From NCBI RefSeq assembly GCF_008000775.2, contig NZ_CP042905.2, positions 690,001-722,000 of the forward strand: a stretch of 32,000 nucleotides of DNA. The letters are read 5' to 3'. Positions 15,230-24,238 of this stretch are shown piece after piece (position 1 is the first letter of the stretch; each line of letters starts with the position of its first letter). The translations under genes were made by a program, and so were the position numbers. The DNA is from Promethearchaeum syntrophicum (lineage in GTDB: Archaea > Asgardarchaeota > Lokiarchaeia > Sigyniarchaeales > Promethearchaeaceae). A model generated the notes under the pieces. It worked only from the letters and a program-made list of their open reading frames with translations, did not search any database and was not told where the DNA came from.

Positions 15230-15870
15230 ATAAAATTTAATCCCACAATATATAATTCTCTGCTTGATTCTCGTGAAGCTGGTGGTTTCATTCTCTTTAA
15301 AGTTCTAAAATAAGGATTCCATTTTTTCATAATTTCGTTTGTAAATTCAGATTGAAACATTTTCACCACAATATTACCATGTTTTTTGAGATATTTTGTG
15401 AATTCAAACACCTTCTCAACCATTGCTTCCTGTTTTGCTATATCTCTAAAATCTCCTGATGTTTTGGGGGCTAAATCAGATAATATAACATCAAATAATT
15501 TTTCTGGTTGAATAATTTCATTCTCACATTGTTCACTAAAAATATCTACTCGGTGAGTTTCAATAAACGGAGCATCCTCAAAAGGACGAATTGTAGTTAA
15601 ATCAATTCCAATTATTTTAAAATTACGGTATCGTTTAGCTAATGGGATATCAAGATATTTTCTTGCAATAACTTCAATCCATGCTCCGGGGGCAGCACCT
15701 AAATCCAAAATTTTCTTGGGAAATTTACCTTTTATTTTAAAAATATTATATTTTAAATCAATTTGGAGTAATTTATATGCTGCTCTTGATCTAAAGCCTT
15801 CTCTTTTGCTTTTTTTATAATATTTGTCGCTTAATTGTCCTTTGATCCAATTTTTTCCTTTTTTTGCCAA
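15226..15870 (-). CDS. rlmE: rRNA (uridine-2'-O)-methyltransferase RlmE/FtsJ family
   Basis: 214 aa. RSRAAYKLLQID, the SAM motif ILDLGAAPGAW, VILSDLAPKTSG and VVKMFQ. Its stop overlaps the convergent TFE-beta-like stop (TTAA). Confidence 0.9.
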   Translation of the reverse strand: MAKKGKNWIKGQLSDKYYKKSKREGFRSRAAYKLLQIDLKYNIFKIKGKFPKKILDLGAAPGAWIEVIARKYLDIPLAKRYRNFKIIGIDLTTIRPFEDAPFIETHRVDIFSEQCENEIIQPEKLFDVILSDLAPKTSGDFRDIAKQEAMVEKVFEFTKYLKKHGNIVVKMFQSEFTNEIMKKWNPYFRTLKRMKPPASRESSRELYIVGLNFI

Positions 15871-15927
15871 TATAATTCCCTATTTCTTAATAAAATTAAA
15901 TTACTTTTTTTATTTATCATATTTATA

Positions 15928-17184
15928 ATGGAAGATTTTGAAACCTATTTCCAGCAATTAATTATTAATGAAGAAGGTGGGATTAGGTTCTATTCTTTTG
16001 ATTCCAAAAAATTTAGTAATACGGGGGTTGCTCTCAAAAAATCTATGCCCGTATTTTATAACCCAATTCAAGAATTTAATCGATCAATAACATTGATCGC
16101 ATACAAAGCATTCCAACAGATTTCAGAATCCGATAAAAACTTTGAAATTCTTAAAATTTGCGATTCTATGGCTGCTTCTGGTATAAGATCAATCCGACTT
16201 TTTAAATTTCTTAATAAACATGTCCAGATTATTGCAAATGATTTAAATCCTCTGGCGTTGAAAATTATTCAGAAAAATTTAGCATTAAATAGTGATATAA
16301 TTACGAAGAGTGATATTGAATTATTAAATCAAGATGCACACTTTTTATTTGAAGATTTACAAAATAAAAGAAATTATCAAAGTATTATTGATATCGATCC
16401 GTTCGGAACACCTAATATTTTTATTGAAAGTGCTATTAAAGCCGTATTTTTAGAAGGGCTAATAGGTATTACAGCTACTGATACTGCTGTACTTTTTGGG
16501 GTACGACCTAGTGCTTGCTTAAGAAAATATAACATCAAAAGTCTACGATCTACCTTTTTAAAAGAAGTTGGTCTAAGAATTCTTCTTTATTATGCAGCAA
16601 GTCGCGCTCATCCACACATGAACTATATTGAACCTATGCTTTCTTTTAGTTCTGATCACTATATTCGAGTTTTTATTAGAATTCATAAGGGAAAAACAGG
16701 TATTAATAAAAATTATAAAAATTCGGGGTATATTTTTTGGTGTCGGAAGTGTGATTGGAGAATGAGCATTGGAATGGACTTACATGAAGCTTCGTTTTTT
16801 TGTCCTATTTGCCAATCAAAAGTAGATTATGGAGGTCCCTTATGGATAGGGTCTTTAAATAATCCCGAATTTGTTACAGAATGTATTAGAACTCTTGAAA
16901 ATTCAGAAATATCTGTTATTCCATCGAAGAAAAAAATCCTCAAGATTTTAAATATTATTTTATCAGAAGATAAATTTCCACCAGGATACTATGATCTTCA
17001 CAAAATTTGTGACATGTTAGGTATAAGTGTTGCAAAGAAAACCGAATTAATATTAGAATCAATTAGAAATCTTGGCTATAACGCTGCACGAACTCATATC
17101 GAACCCCGTGCAATTAAGAGTAATATTCCTATCGAGCAATTGAAAAAACTTTTAATTGATTTTCATAAAAAAATTGTTATTTGA
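15928..17184 (+). CDS. trm1: tRNA (guanine26-N2)-dimethyltransferase Trm1
   Basis: The ORF track starts at 15835, overlapping rlmE. The ATG at 15928 (MEDFETYF..) is the sensible start. FYNPIQEFNRSITL, DSMAASGIRSIR, IDIDPFGTP, and the C-terminal zinc motif CRKC...CPIC..GGPLWIG. Confidence 0.9.
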   Translation: MEDFETYFQQLIINEEGGIRFYSFDSKKFSNTGVALKKSMPVFYNPIQEFNRSITLIAYKAFQQISESDKNFEILKICDSMAASGIRSIRLFKFLNKHVQIIANDLNPLALKIIQKNLALNSDIITKSDIELLNQDAHFLFEDLQNKRNYQSIIDIDPFGTPNIFIESAIKAVFLEGLIGITATDTAVLFGVRPSACLRKYNIKSLRSTFLKEVGLRILLYYAASRAHPHMNYIEPMLSFSSDHYIRVFIRIHKGKTGINKNYKNSGYIFWCRKCDWRMSIGMDLHEASFFCPICQSKVDYGGPLWIGSLNNPEFVTECIRTLENSEISVIPSKKKILKILNIILSEDKFPPGYYDLHKICDMLGISVAKKTELILESIRNLGYNAARTHIEPRAIKSNIPIEQLKKLLIDFHKKIVI

Positions 17185-17929
17185 ATCCTTTATCAGTTAA
17201 CATCCATGACCAAACTTTGGGGATTGGGAGATTTGAGTCATTTTTAGTAACGAAAAATTTCATCCTTGAAATTTGTGGTGTTCTGTCTATTTTCACTTCA
17301 AAAGAAGTCCAATAATCAATAATTTTACCTCCATGAGGAATAACTTGAGAAATTTGTTTTTCATTTTGTTTTACTGAGAAAGTATTTAGTAAAACAACGG
17401 GAATATGATATTCCGTTTGAATTTTTTTTAGAGTTGCCAATATTAAAACTAAATCTTGATTCATTCGTGTATTTTTCAAATCTTTTCCTAATTCAAGCAA
17501 ATATAAGCTCGCAATTTCATCTACTATAATCAATCCTACTTTATTTTGCTTAAAAGATTCAAAAAGTTGTTGTATTTGTAAAGACCATTCTAGAACAATC
17601 TCTTTTTGTCTATAAAATGAGGGTGAATGCCATAATAGAAAGTTAGAGTCGGAAAAATCTAAATTATCTTCTAAAATTCTTCTCAATAATTGATCTATCG
17701 GGCTAAATTTTGTATATAGATAAAATATTTTTAAATCGGCTTTCTGTTTTAGGATTTCGTGGGATAATTGGGTGGCAAAAGTCGATTTTCCAACCCCGAC
17801 ATCTCCCCATATCATGGATATAGAGGGATTTTGGAAAAATTTTGGAACAAAATCACTCCAATTAAGAAACGAAATGATTTCTTTTGAATTTTTCTTAAAA
17901 TCATGGTAATCTCTAATTTCATCATTCAT
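17177..17929 (-). CDS. RecA-superfamily ATPase (RadB/KaiC/Rad51-paralogue-like)
   Basis: 250 aa. Walker A WGDVGVGKSTFATQL, Walker B GLIIVDEIASLYL, followed by IPVVLLNT, the RecA-core strand order. No N-terminal DNA-binding domain. Confidence 0.65.
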   Translation of the reverse strand: MNDEIRDYHDFKKNSKEIISFLNWSDFVPKFFQNPSISMIWGDVGVGKSTFATQLSHEILKQKADLKIFYLYTKFSPIDQLLRRILEDNLDFSDSNFLLWHSPSFYRQKEIVLEWSLQIQQLFESFKQNKVGLIIVDEIASLYLLELGKDLKNTRMNQDLVLILATLKKIQTEYHIPVVLLNTFSVKQNEKQISQVIPHGGKIIDYWTSFEVKIDRTPQISRMKFFVTKNDSNLPIPKVWSWMLTDKGFK

Positions 17930-18002
17930 ATTTTTTTTAAAACCCTCAAGCTATATCTATATCATTAATATTTAAATTATTAAAATTTATATCTTAAATT
18001 AG

Positions 18003-18656
18003 ATGTCAGAGTTTTGTATTTATACTAATAATGCACGCCTATTCTACAAAATAACTAAGAAATTTAAAGAGGAATCCATTAAATTTAGTGCAATTGATTC
18101 ATTTGAGCATCTTAATCCAAAATACCGTGTGTTACTGACTACCAAAGAAGATTTGGAAAAATATAATCCTACAATCCCAAGCTTTATAACTTTACTTAAA
18201 GTCAATTCTGACCAATCTCTTGATGAAATTGTACTTTTAACAAAACAAAAACTGAAATTTATTAATAAATTTAATGATCTCATCATTGCAATTGACCCTG
18301 GGTCAATGACTAGTGGAGTTGCTGTTTTTTTAGACGATATATTCATTTATAGTAGAGATTTTTATAATATCAGTCATCTTTTAAACTATATACAAATTGT
18401 ATTTTCCACTTTTCAAGATCATCAAAAAACTATAAAATTAGGAAATGGCAATTCAGAAATTACTGGCTATTTTTTAGATAAATTATACACAATTCAAATT
18501 CCAGAAAATAATATTCAATATCTATTAGTAGATGAATACGGTTCCTCGCACTATAAGGGGAATGGATCATCATCTTTACTTTCAAAGCATGAAAATGCTG
18601 CAATATTAATCGGAAGAAGAAAAGGTGTTCTTCTAACTTCTTCTCTATTAAAATGA
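18003..18656 (+). CDS. RNase H-fold protein, RuvX/YqgF-like C-terminal domain with an unknown N-terminal domain
   Basis: 217 aa. IIAIDPGSMTSGVAV (cf. E. coli YqgF AFDFGTKSIGVAV), LLVDEYGSS (cf. HDERLST) and HENAAILIG (cf. DSASAVIIL), in the same order and spacing as the RuvX family as I remember it. Confidence 0.45.
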   Translation: MSEFCIYTNNARLFYKITKKFKEESIKFSAIDSFEHLNPKYRVLLTTKEDLEKYNPTIPSFITLLKVNSDQSLDEIVLLTKQKLKFINKFNDLIIAIDPGSMTSGVAVFLDDIFIYSRDFYNISHLLNYIQIVFSTFQDHQKTIKLGNGNSEITGYFLDKLYTIQIPENNIQYLLVDEYGSSHYKGNGSSSLLSKHENAAILIGRRKGVLLTSSLLK

Positions 18657-18657
18657 T

Positions 18658-19851
18658 TTAATTCAAATCTTGTCTGATAGAATTCAATTTTTGATTTTTA
18701 GGAACCTCGGATGGATATTTACTAAATAATTTTCCCCATTCGGTTTTATTATATTCCCGAATTCGCTTTTTACCAACAGTATTAATCCAAAATAAGTCAT
18801 GGTAAATTGCACTTAGCATTACAGGGCCCATATTAAATAGAAATGTGTGCATTAAAGGTTCCAAGAATTTAAGTTTACCCTTCCTTACCATTTGATCTCC
18901 CCAAATAACTAAACTCCTGGATACTTCAAACTTCCAATTCTCATCTTTTGCATCTTCATCACCAATTATTTCAATTTGATCAGTATCTCCACAACCCAAA
19001 CCTGCATCGTGGCACATTTTAATATACGGCATCTTCCATGGATCAAAACCCATCATTTTGGCAGCAAACGCATCAACAGCAACTTGATCATAACCACACA
19101 TGATATAATTTTTAATTTTTGGAATCATACATCTCGGTCCAGGACCATCACCAGCAACTGTTCCATCAACAACCGCCATAATATTCGGATGAATTTGTTT
19201 TTGGATAGCTAAAAGATCATGGAGAACCTCGCTCATATATTGATGTGAAAAGTGTCGTCGTTTAGTTAATAACCCACCAAAAGAATTTTTAATAGAACAA
19301 GTTATTCCACCTTGACTTTCTTGATTATTTTTATTAAAATCTCCACCTTTTGCTCCTGTGTGGCCATGAGTTTTAAAAGTAGGGAGATGAATCATATTTT
19401 TCCCGATATATACTTGTGGAATAGAAAATCCTTCCGGAAAAATTTTTGAGTCTAAAGCTTTCAATGGGATTTTTGATTTGAAAGGAACAAATTTAACACG
19501 CGTTAATGGGACGAAATAATTATTATATTTTGTAATAATAGGTGTCCACTTATTTCCTTTTAATCCACGAGCAATATTGGTTACTACAGTTCGATTTTCG
19601 CAAGTAAAGACATTTTTACTGGGAAAACCATCCATTTTTAATTTTCTCAGAACACCTTCAACTTGCCAAGGAGGACTGGAACAAGCAGGATAATATTTAC
19701 TCCATGATAGATTCAATTTGACCATGGTTTTCTTTTCGGGTTTGAAGAAATTCTTGTATCCTGCCATGTCTAAAAGATCTGAATAATCTTGTAAAATTGT
19801 TTTCGAAGATACTTTTTTTATATATATTCTAGGTTTTTCGTTATTCGCCAT
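18658..19851 (-). CDS. DUF362 domain protein
   Basis: 397 aa. Ordered blocks KLNLSW, HLPTFKTHGHTG, SIKNSFGGLL, VVDGTVAGDGPGPRCMIP, GYDQVAVDAFAAKMMGFDP fit the DUF362 pattern (lKtH / lKN.fG / DG..g.eG.GP / D.va.D). Starts 18 nt after the UbiA stop. Confidence 0.7.
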   Translation of the reverse strand: MANNEKPRIYIKKVSSKTILQDYSDLLDMAGYKNFFKPEKKTMVKLNLSWSKYYPACSSPPWQVEGVLRKLKMDGFPSKNVFTCENRTVVTNIARGLKGNKWTPIITKYNNYFVPLTRVKFVPFKSKIPLKALDSKIFPEGFSIPQVYIGKNMIHLPTFKTHGHTGAKGGDFNKNNQESQGGITCSIKNSFGGLLTKRRHFSHQYMSEVLHDLLAIQKQIHPNIMAVVDGTVAGDGPGPRCMIPKIKNYIMCGYDQVAVDAFAAKMMGFDPWKMPYIKMCHDAGLGCGDTDQIEIIGDEDAKDENWKFEVSRSLVIWGDQMVRKGKLKFLEPLMHTFLFNMGPVMLSAIYHDLFWINTVGKKRIREYNKTEWGKLFSKYPSEVPKNQKLNSIRQDLN

Positions 19852-19869
19852 TAATTTATACTATCTCCT

Positions 19870-20814
19870 TTATGATTGAATAAAAAATGCCCAAGAACCG
19901 AGTTCCATATAGAGAGAAATTATCCCTATTATTCCTAATAAGATGCCTCCAAATATCATACCTTTATCTGTAATTAGTTTTTCTGCATTTCTTACAATTT
20001 TTGGGTTAGCTTTTACTAAATATATAAATCGATATATTAGGTATAATGCTACTGGGGTGCTATAAACTAACAAACCTTGGTTTTCCAGAGGAATTATTGA
20101 TCCTTCTTCAAGTGGACCTAATACACAGTAAAGGGTATACATAACAAATAATGCTGTTGCATTTAAAATTAAGAAATTATTTAATAAAGGTGTAGAATAT
20201 GAATCGTAAATTTTTTTATGGTTTTTTGCATTCTCAAGCCCAAGTAATACTAAATCAGCAATTCTTTTCCCAGTAGCTAAAAACAATGCGGTTAAAAATA
20301 CTGTTACAGTCAACCATGGGGAAATTCGTATATTAATTATTGCACAACCCGCAAGAGCTCTCCATATATAATTTGTGCTTAATCCGATTATATCAGCAAA
20401 TGCAATTTTTTTTAAAATGAAATTATATGCAAATCCATTTGCAATTAAAAACAGAAGTAAAACCAAAAATAGTAAATTTTTAAAATAAATCATCGAAACA
20501 ATAAATACAGCCACTATTAAAATTAAAAGAATAATGGCTACTATTATAGAAAGTTCTCCATTAGCCAATGGTCTTTTTTTAATTTTTTCGGAATGAAGTT
20601 TATCAGATTCAAGATCTTTAATATCATTAATGATATAAGATATGGAAGAAGAAAGACATGTTACAATAAATGCAAGAATTAAATCTGGATAAATACTAAA
20701 ATCAAACAATCTACCAGCGAAAAATATACCAATGAACATTATCAAATTCTTGTAGTATTGTCTAATTCGTAAGAGATTAAAAACCGCCAGGATTTTATTC
20801 ATGATTATCAACAT
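19870..20814 (-). CDS. UbiA-superfamily prenyltransferase (decaprenyl-phosphate phosphoribosyltransferase-like motif)
   Basis: 314 aa, about 8-9 TM helices. First Asp-rich motif NDIKDLESDKLHSEKIKKRPLANGELS (nt 20557-20628). The D..H..K..RP.A.G form resembles the Rv3806c-type subgroup more than the DGGGP synthase form, from memory. Confidence 0.8.
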   Translation of the reverse strand: MLIIMNKILAVFNLLRIRQYYKNLIMFIGIFFAGRLFDFSIYPDLILAFIVTCLSSSISYIINDIKDLESDKLHSEKIKKRPLANGELSIIVAIILLILIVAVFIVSMIYFKNLLFLVLLLFLIANGFAYNFILKKIAFADIIGLSTNYIWRALAGCAIINIRISPWLTVTVFLTALFLATGKRIADLVLLGLENAKNHKKIYDSYSTPLLNNFLILNATALFVMYTLYCVLGPLEEGSIIPLENQGLLVYSTPVALYLIYRFIYLVKANPKIVRNAEKLITDKGMIFGGILLGIIGIISLYMELGSWAFFIQS

Positions 20815-20825
20815 TTTCTGATTTA

Positions 20826-23402
20826 TTAATTAAAAAATTTTTCTGGGTGAATCTGACTTCCAATTTTATTCATAAGATTAGTGAAAACACTGATATCTTT
20901 TACATTCTGAATGACAATTTTTGGTTTTTGAATATAAACTACATCAATTTTATTTTTTTCAATAATAAATTCTTCGTTAAAATTATTCTTAATGGAAATT
21001 TTGGATATATTTCCTTCATTATATTCAAAATTTTCAATTTTTCCATCAATCTCGGCGTTTACTGCCTTTTTAAGAATAAAAACAACATCCAACTTATGTT
21101 TAGCATAATATTTTAAAAAATCATCCTCAAATTTTTGGGTAGCCTCATCGTTATGGAAATTAAAATAGAAATCCCCGTGTTTAATCACTAAATTATCCTT
21201 TGAGAATTCAAATTCGTTGGTTTCCACTTCATTAACTTTTTCTGTTTCATTTTTTTCGGTAGGGACTAATTTTAATGTATAATCCAAATAATTTTCTTTA
21301 AATATGACTTCATCCAATTTATACATTTGATAAGTACCTTGTTTTTTTAAAAATATGTGCTCTCCTTTAATTGATTCCAATTCCTCATATGATTTAGGCA
21401 TATTTCTCTTCTTAAAGATTGGTATTTTAACTTCATCAAGTGTGCTATCCTCATTATTATTGGAGATTTTCTCAAAAATTGCTACTCCTGTATATTTTTT
21501 TAGATATTGTGATGATTTTTTCTTATTTTTTCCATTTTTGAAATAAACAGCATCTAATTCAATATTTCTTAAACGTAAAATTCCTTCTTTCCTATATTTG
21601 TAGTGTTCTCCATAAGTAAGTGGCATTTCCTTATGAATAAATGGGTTAATTATTTTTATTTCATCAGGATTTTTCCCTAGAATTACCTTAATTTTATATC
21701 GTAATGGTTCACTAGCATTATCAACATAGAAAATATCTTCTAACTTGCCGAATAATCTTTCATTCGTTTTTAAGTTCAGAAATGCATATGTTTTACCTAT
21801 CTTATAACTTAATTTTTCTTTTAATTTTAGCTGTTCTGCTACATTTTTAATATTTTCAATTTTAAATTGCTTTTTTACTTTAGTTGTTGCCATATTCATA
21901 TATTTTTGCCGCGTTGCGTCAGTTTTTACAAAATACGCTTCTGCTTTTTTCTTTCTTAAGAAAATAATAGGCATTAATGCTTCATAGGTTGTTGAAATAT
22001 CATTTTCATCTAAGGATGCAATAATTCTATGATAACTTGGAGGGTGTGCGTTAATAAAATTTGACAGTAATCCACCCTTTGAAGGTTTTATAATCATTTT
22101 ATTAAGGTATTGTGCAGTTGACATGTAATTAATTAATCGGTTATTTTCAGATACTTTCTCATCACTAAGTAAAGTTGCATCTAATCCAATTTCATGAGAT
22201 GCAGCATAAAAACTCTCGAGATTGTACAAACCTCTTGCAAGTTCTTTTCCATATCCTGCTTTTTTTGTATTTTTATCTGCTGTTGCTTCAAACATTCTGA
22301 CAAATGTATAAAGAAATATACTTATACCTAAACTAATTAAAATAAATACAAATAATGGAAATGGTTGGTCATCTGGGTTAAATGTGTAATCATAATAGGT
22401 TACTGGCCACTTCAATAATTTAAATACTAATATTTCACCAATCGAAATTAATGTTAGACTTAATGTATGTTTTCCTTTTAAATGCGCCAATTCGTGTGCA
22501 ACAATACCTTTTAATTCATCTTCAGGTATATCTTTAAGATTAGGGGCAATTACAGCCATTCTCATGTCCCAGAATGCACCATACGCCATTGCATTTATAA
22601 TGGGATATTTTCCAAACCTTATTTTAATTTTTTTAGGATTCATACCCATCTTAACTGCAACTTCTTCAATAATGCGAGTTAATTCAGGATCATCCGATTT
22701 CTTATACCCCATTAATAAATCAATTAATGGTCCAGTGAAAATGTAAACTATTACATTTGTAATTATTATAACTTCATAAATATAATCATAGAGACTAATT
22801 TCTGTGAAGGGAATGGTTTTAATTGAACTGATTGCAAGCCAAGCTACGAGATAAAGTGCTAAAGTTAAATATTGCGGGGACATAAAACGAAAAACAACCA
22901 TATACTTCCTCCCAAAAAAAGCAAATCCCAGAATCAGCATTAGCCAAAATGACATTGAAAATGCTGTATCACGCCATAAACCATCCTTCGCTAGAATTGT
23001 ATCTAATATACCAGCGAAAAAAATGAAATTGTATGTAATTACTGTGATTAAAAGGATTTTGTTTAGAACCTCATATTCTTTCAATTCATATATTCCAAAA
23101 ATTAGATATAGTGAAAAAGATCCAATAAATGAGTTCATGATATCTTTAGTGAATAGATAAACTGTAATAAAGAGAAAGATAATTACAACTAAATCACTCC
23201 AATCACTTCTTTTACTATTTTTCACCCATGAGATTCCTTCGTTTATTAAAAATATGAATGTAATTCCAAAAGCTATCCATAAACCAATGTCTAAAGGGGT
23301 GGTGGGTAATGAAATATCGGTAAAAATAAATAATGAACTTATAATTCCGATTGTTGCTACTATAAATGAAATTAATAAAACTATTTGTGTATTTTTTTTC
23401 AT
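20826..23402 (-). CDS. polytopic membrane M48-family (HtpX/Ste24-type) zinc metalloprotease with a ~390-aa C-terminal extension
   Basis: 858 aa. About 7 N-terminal TM helices. The M48 core has INAMAYG, HELAH (nt 22482-22496), two further TM helices, EATADK and NAHPPSYHRI. After that comes a K/E/N-rich soluble region with an internal repeat. Confidence 0.8.
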   Translation of the reverse strand: MKKNTQIVLLISFIVATIGIISSLFIFTDISLPTTPLDIGLWIAFGITFIFLINEGISWVKNSKRSDWSDLVVIIFLFITVYLFTKDIMNSFIGSFSLYLIFGIYELKEYEVLNKILLITVITYNFIFFAGILDTILAKDGLWRDTAFSMSFWLMLILGFAFFGRKYMVVFRFMSPQYLTLALYLVAWLAISSIKTIPFTEISLYDYIYEVIIITNVIVYIFTGPLIDLLMGYKKSDDPELTRIIEEVAVKMGMNPKKIKIRFGKYPIINAMAYGAFWDMRMAVIAPNLKDIPEDELKGIVAHELAHLKGKHTLSLTLISIGEILVFKLLKWPVTYYDYTFNPDDQPFPLFVFILISLGISIFLYTFVRMFEATADKNTKKAGYGKELARGLYNLESFYAASHEIGLDATLLSDEKVSENNRLINYMSTAQYLNKMIIKPSKGGLLSNFINAHPPSYHRIIASLDENDISTTYEALMPIIFLRKKKAEAYFVKTDATRQKYMNMATTKVKKQFKIENIKNVAEQLKLKEKLSYKIGKTYAFLNLKTNERLFGKLEDIFYVDNASEPLRYKIKVILGKNPDEIKIINPFIHKEMPLTYGEHYKYRKEGILRLRNIELDAVYFKNGKNKKKSSQYLKKYTGVAIFEKISNNNEDSTLDEVKIPIFKKRNMPKSYEELESIKGEHIFLKKQGTYQMYKLDEVIFKENYLDYTLKLVPTEKNETEKVNEVETNEFEFSKDNLVIKHGDFYFNFHNDEATQKFEDDFLKYYAKHKLDVVFILKKAVNAEIDGKIENFEYNEGNISKISIKNNFNEEFIIEKNKIDVVYIQKPKIVIQNVKDISVFTNLMNKIGSQIHPEKFFN

Positions 23403-23482
23403 GAATTGGTTTAGCTAAAGATTGAATTTCAAATTAATTTTTATATTTCATTTGTTTAAAGCTATTATCGAAGGTATAGATA

Positions 23483-24238
23483 ATGCTTCCTATAGAAAAA
23501 ATCAATTCAATCGATCAACTCAAAGAAGAATATGGTGACAAATTACCAGTACACTTAGGAATTATTTTAGATGGCAATCGTCGTTGGATAAAAAGACAAG
23601 GTATCAGAGACACATTTAAAGGTCATTTAGTTGGTTATAATACCCTTAAAAAAATGATCTACTCTTCATACGATTGTGGAATTAAATACTTGAGTGTATA
23701 CGCATTATCGACTGATAACGTAGCTAAACGTTCAGAAAAAGAAATTAATTATTTATTTCAGCTTCTTCTGAAAGGAATAGAAGAAGTTTTTGAAGAACCT
23801 CTAACTTTTGAGAAAGAAGTTAAAATTCAAGTGTTTGGTAGAATTGAAGATTTATCTCAAGAATTTCAAGAAAAAATTAAAAAAATCCAAGATTCAACAA
23901 AAAAACATAATAAATATTATCTAAATATGTGCATTATTTATGATGGACAAGAGGAAATTGTTGATGCAGTTAAGAAAATCATACGAAAAGGTATACCACC
24001 TGAAAAAATATCAAAAGAAATTATAAAACAAAACCTTTATACTCACAATATTCCTGAGGCAGATTACATTATTAGAACCGGAATGGAAGATGGTGCACGT
24101 ATTTCAGGTTTCCTATTATGGGATTCTTCTTATGCAGAATTCCGTTTTCGAAATGAATTATGGCCAGATTATAATGAAAAAATGTTAATTGAAGATTTAA
24201 AAGAATATATTAGAAGAAACAGAAGAAAAGGAAAGTGA
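23483..24238 (+). CDS. uppS: cis-prenyltransferase (undecaprenyl/dolichyl-type diphosphate synthase)
   Basis: 251 aa. PVHLGIILDGNRRW, SVYALSTDN, IRTGMEDGARISGFLLWDSSYAEF are hallmark UPPS motifs. Confidence 0.92.
   Translation: MLPIEKINSIDQLKEEYGDKLPVHLGIILDGNRRWIKRQGIRDTFKGHLVGYNTLKKMIYSSYDCGIKYLSVYALSTDNVAKRSEKEINYLFQLLLKGIEEVFEEPLTFEKEVKIQVFGRIEDLSQEFQEKIKKIQDSTKKHNKYYLNMCIIYDGQEEIVDAVKKIIRKGIPPEKISKEIIKQNLYTHNIPEADYIIRTGMEDGARISGFLLWDSSYAEFRFRNELWPDYNEKMLIEDLKEYIRRNRRKGK

Noticed and set aside
15835-15927. N-terminal 31 codons of the 15835..17184 ORF (Trm1)
   Set aside because: They overlap the rlmE start on the opposite strand and encode an F/L/I-rich peptide. The ATG at 15928 begins the Trm1-like sequence.
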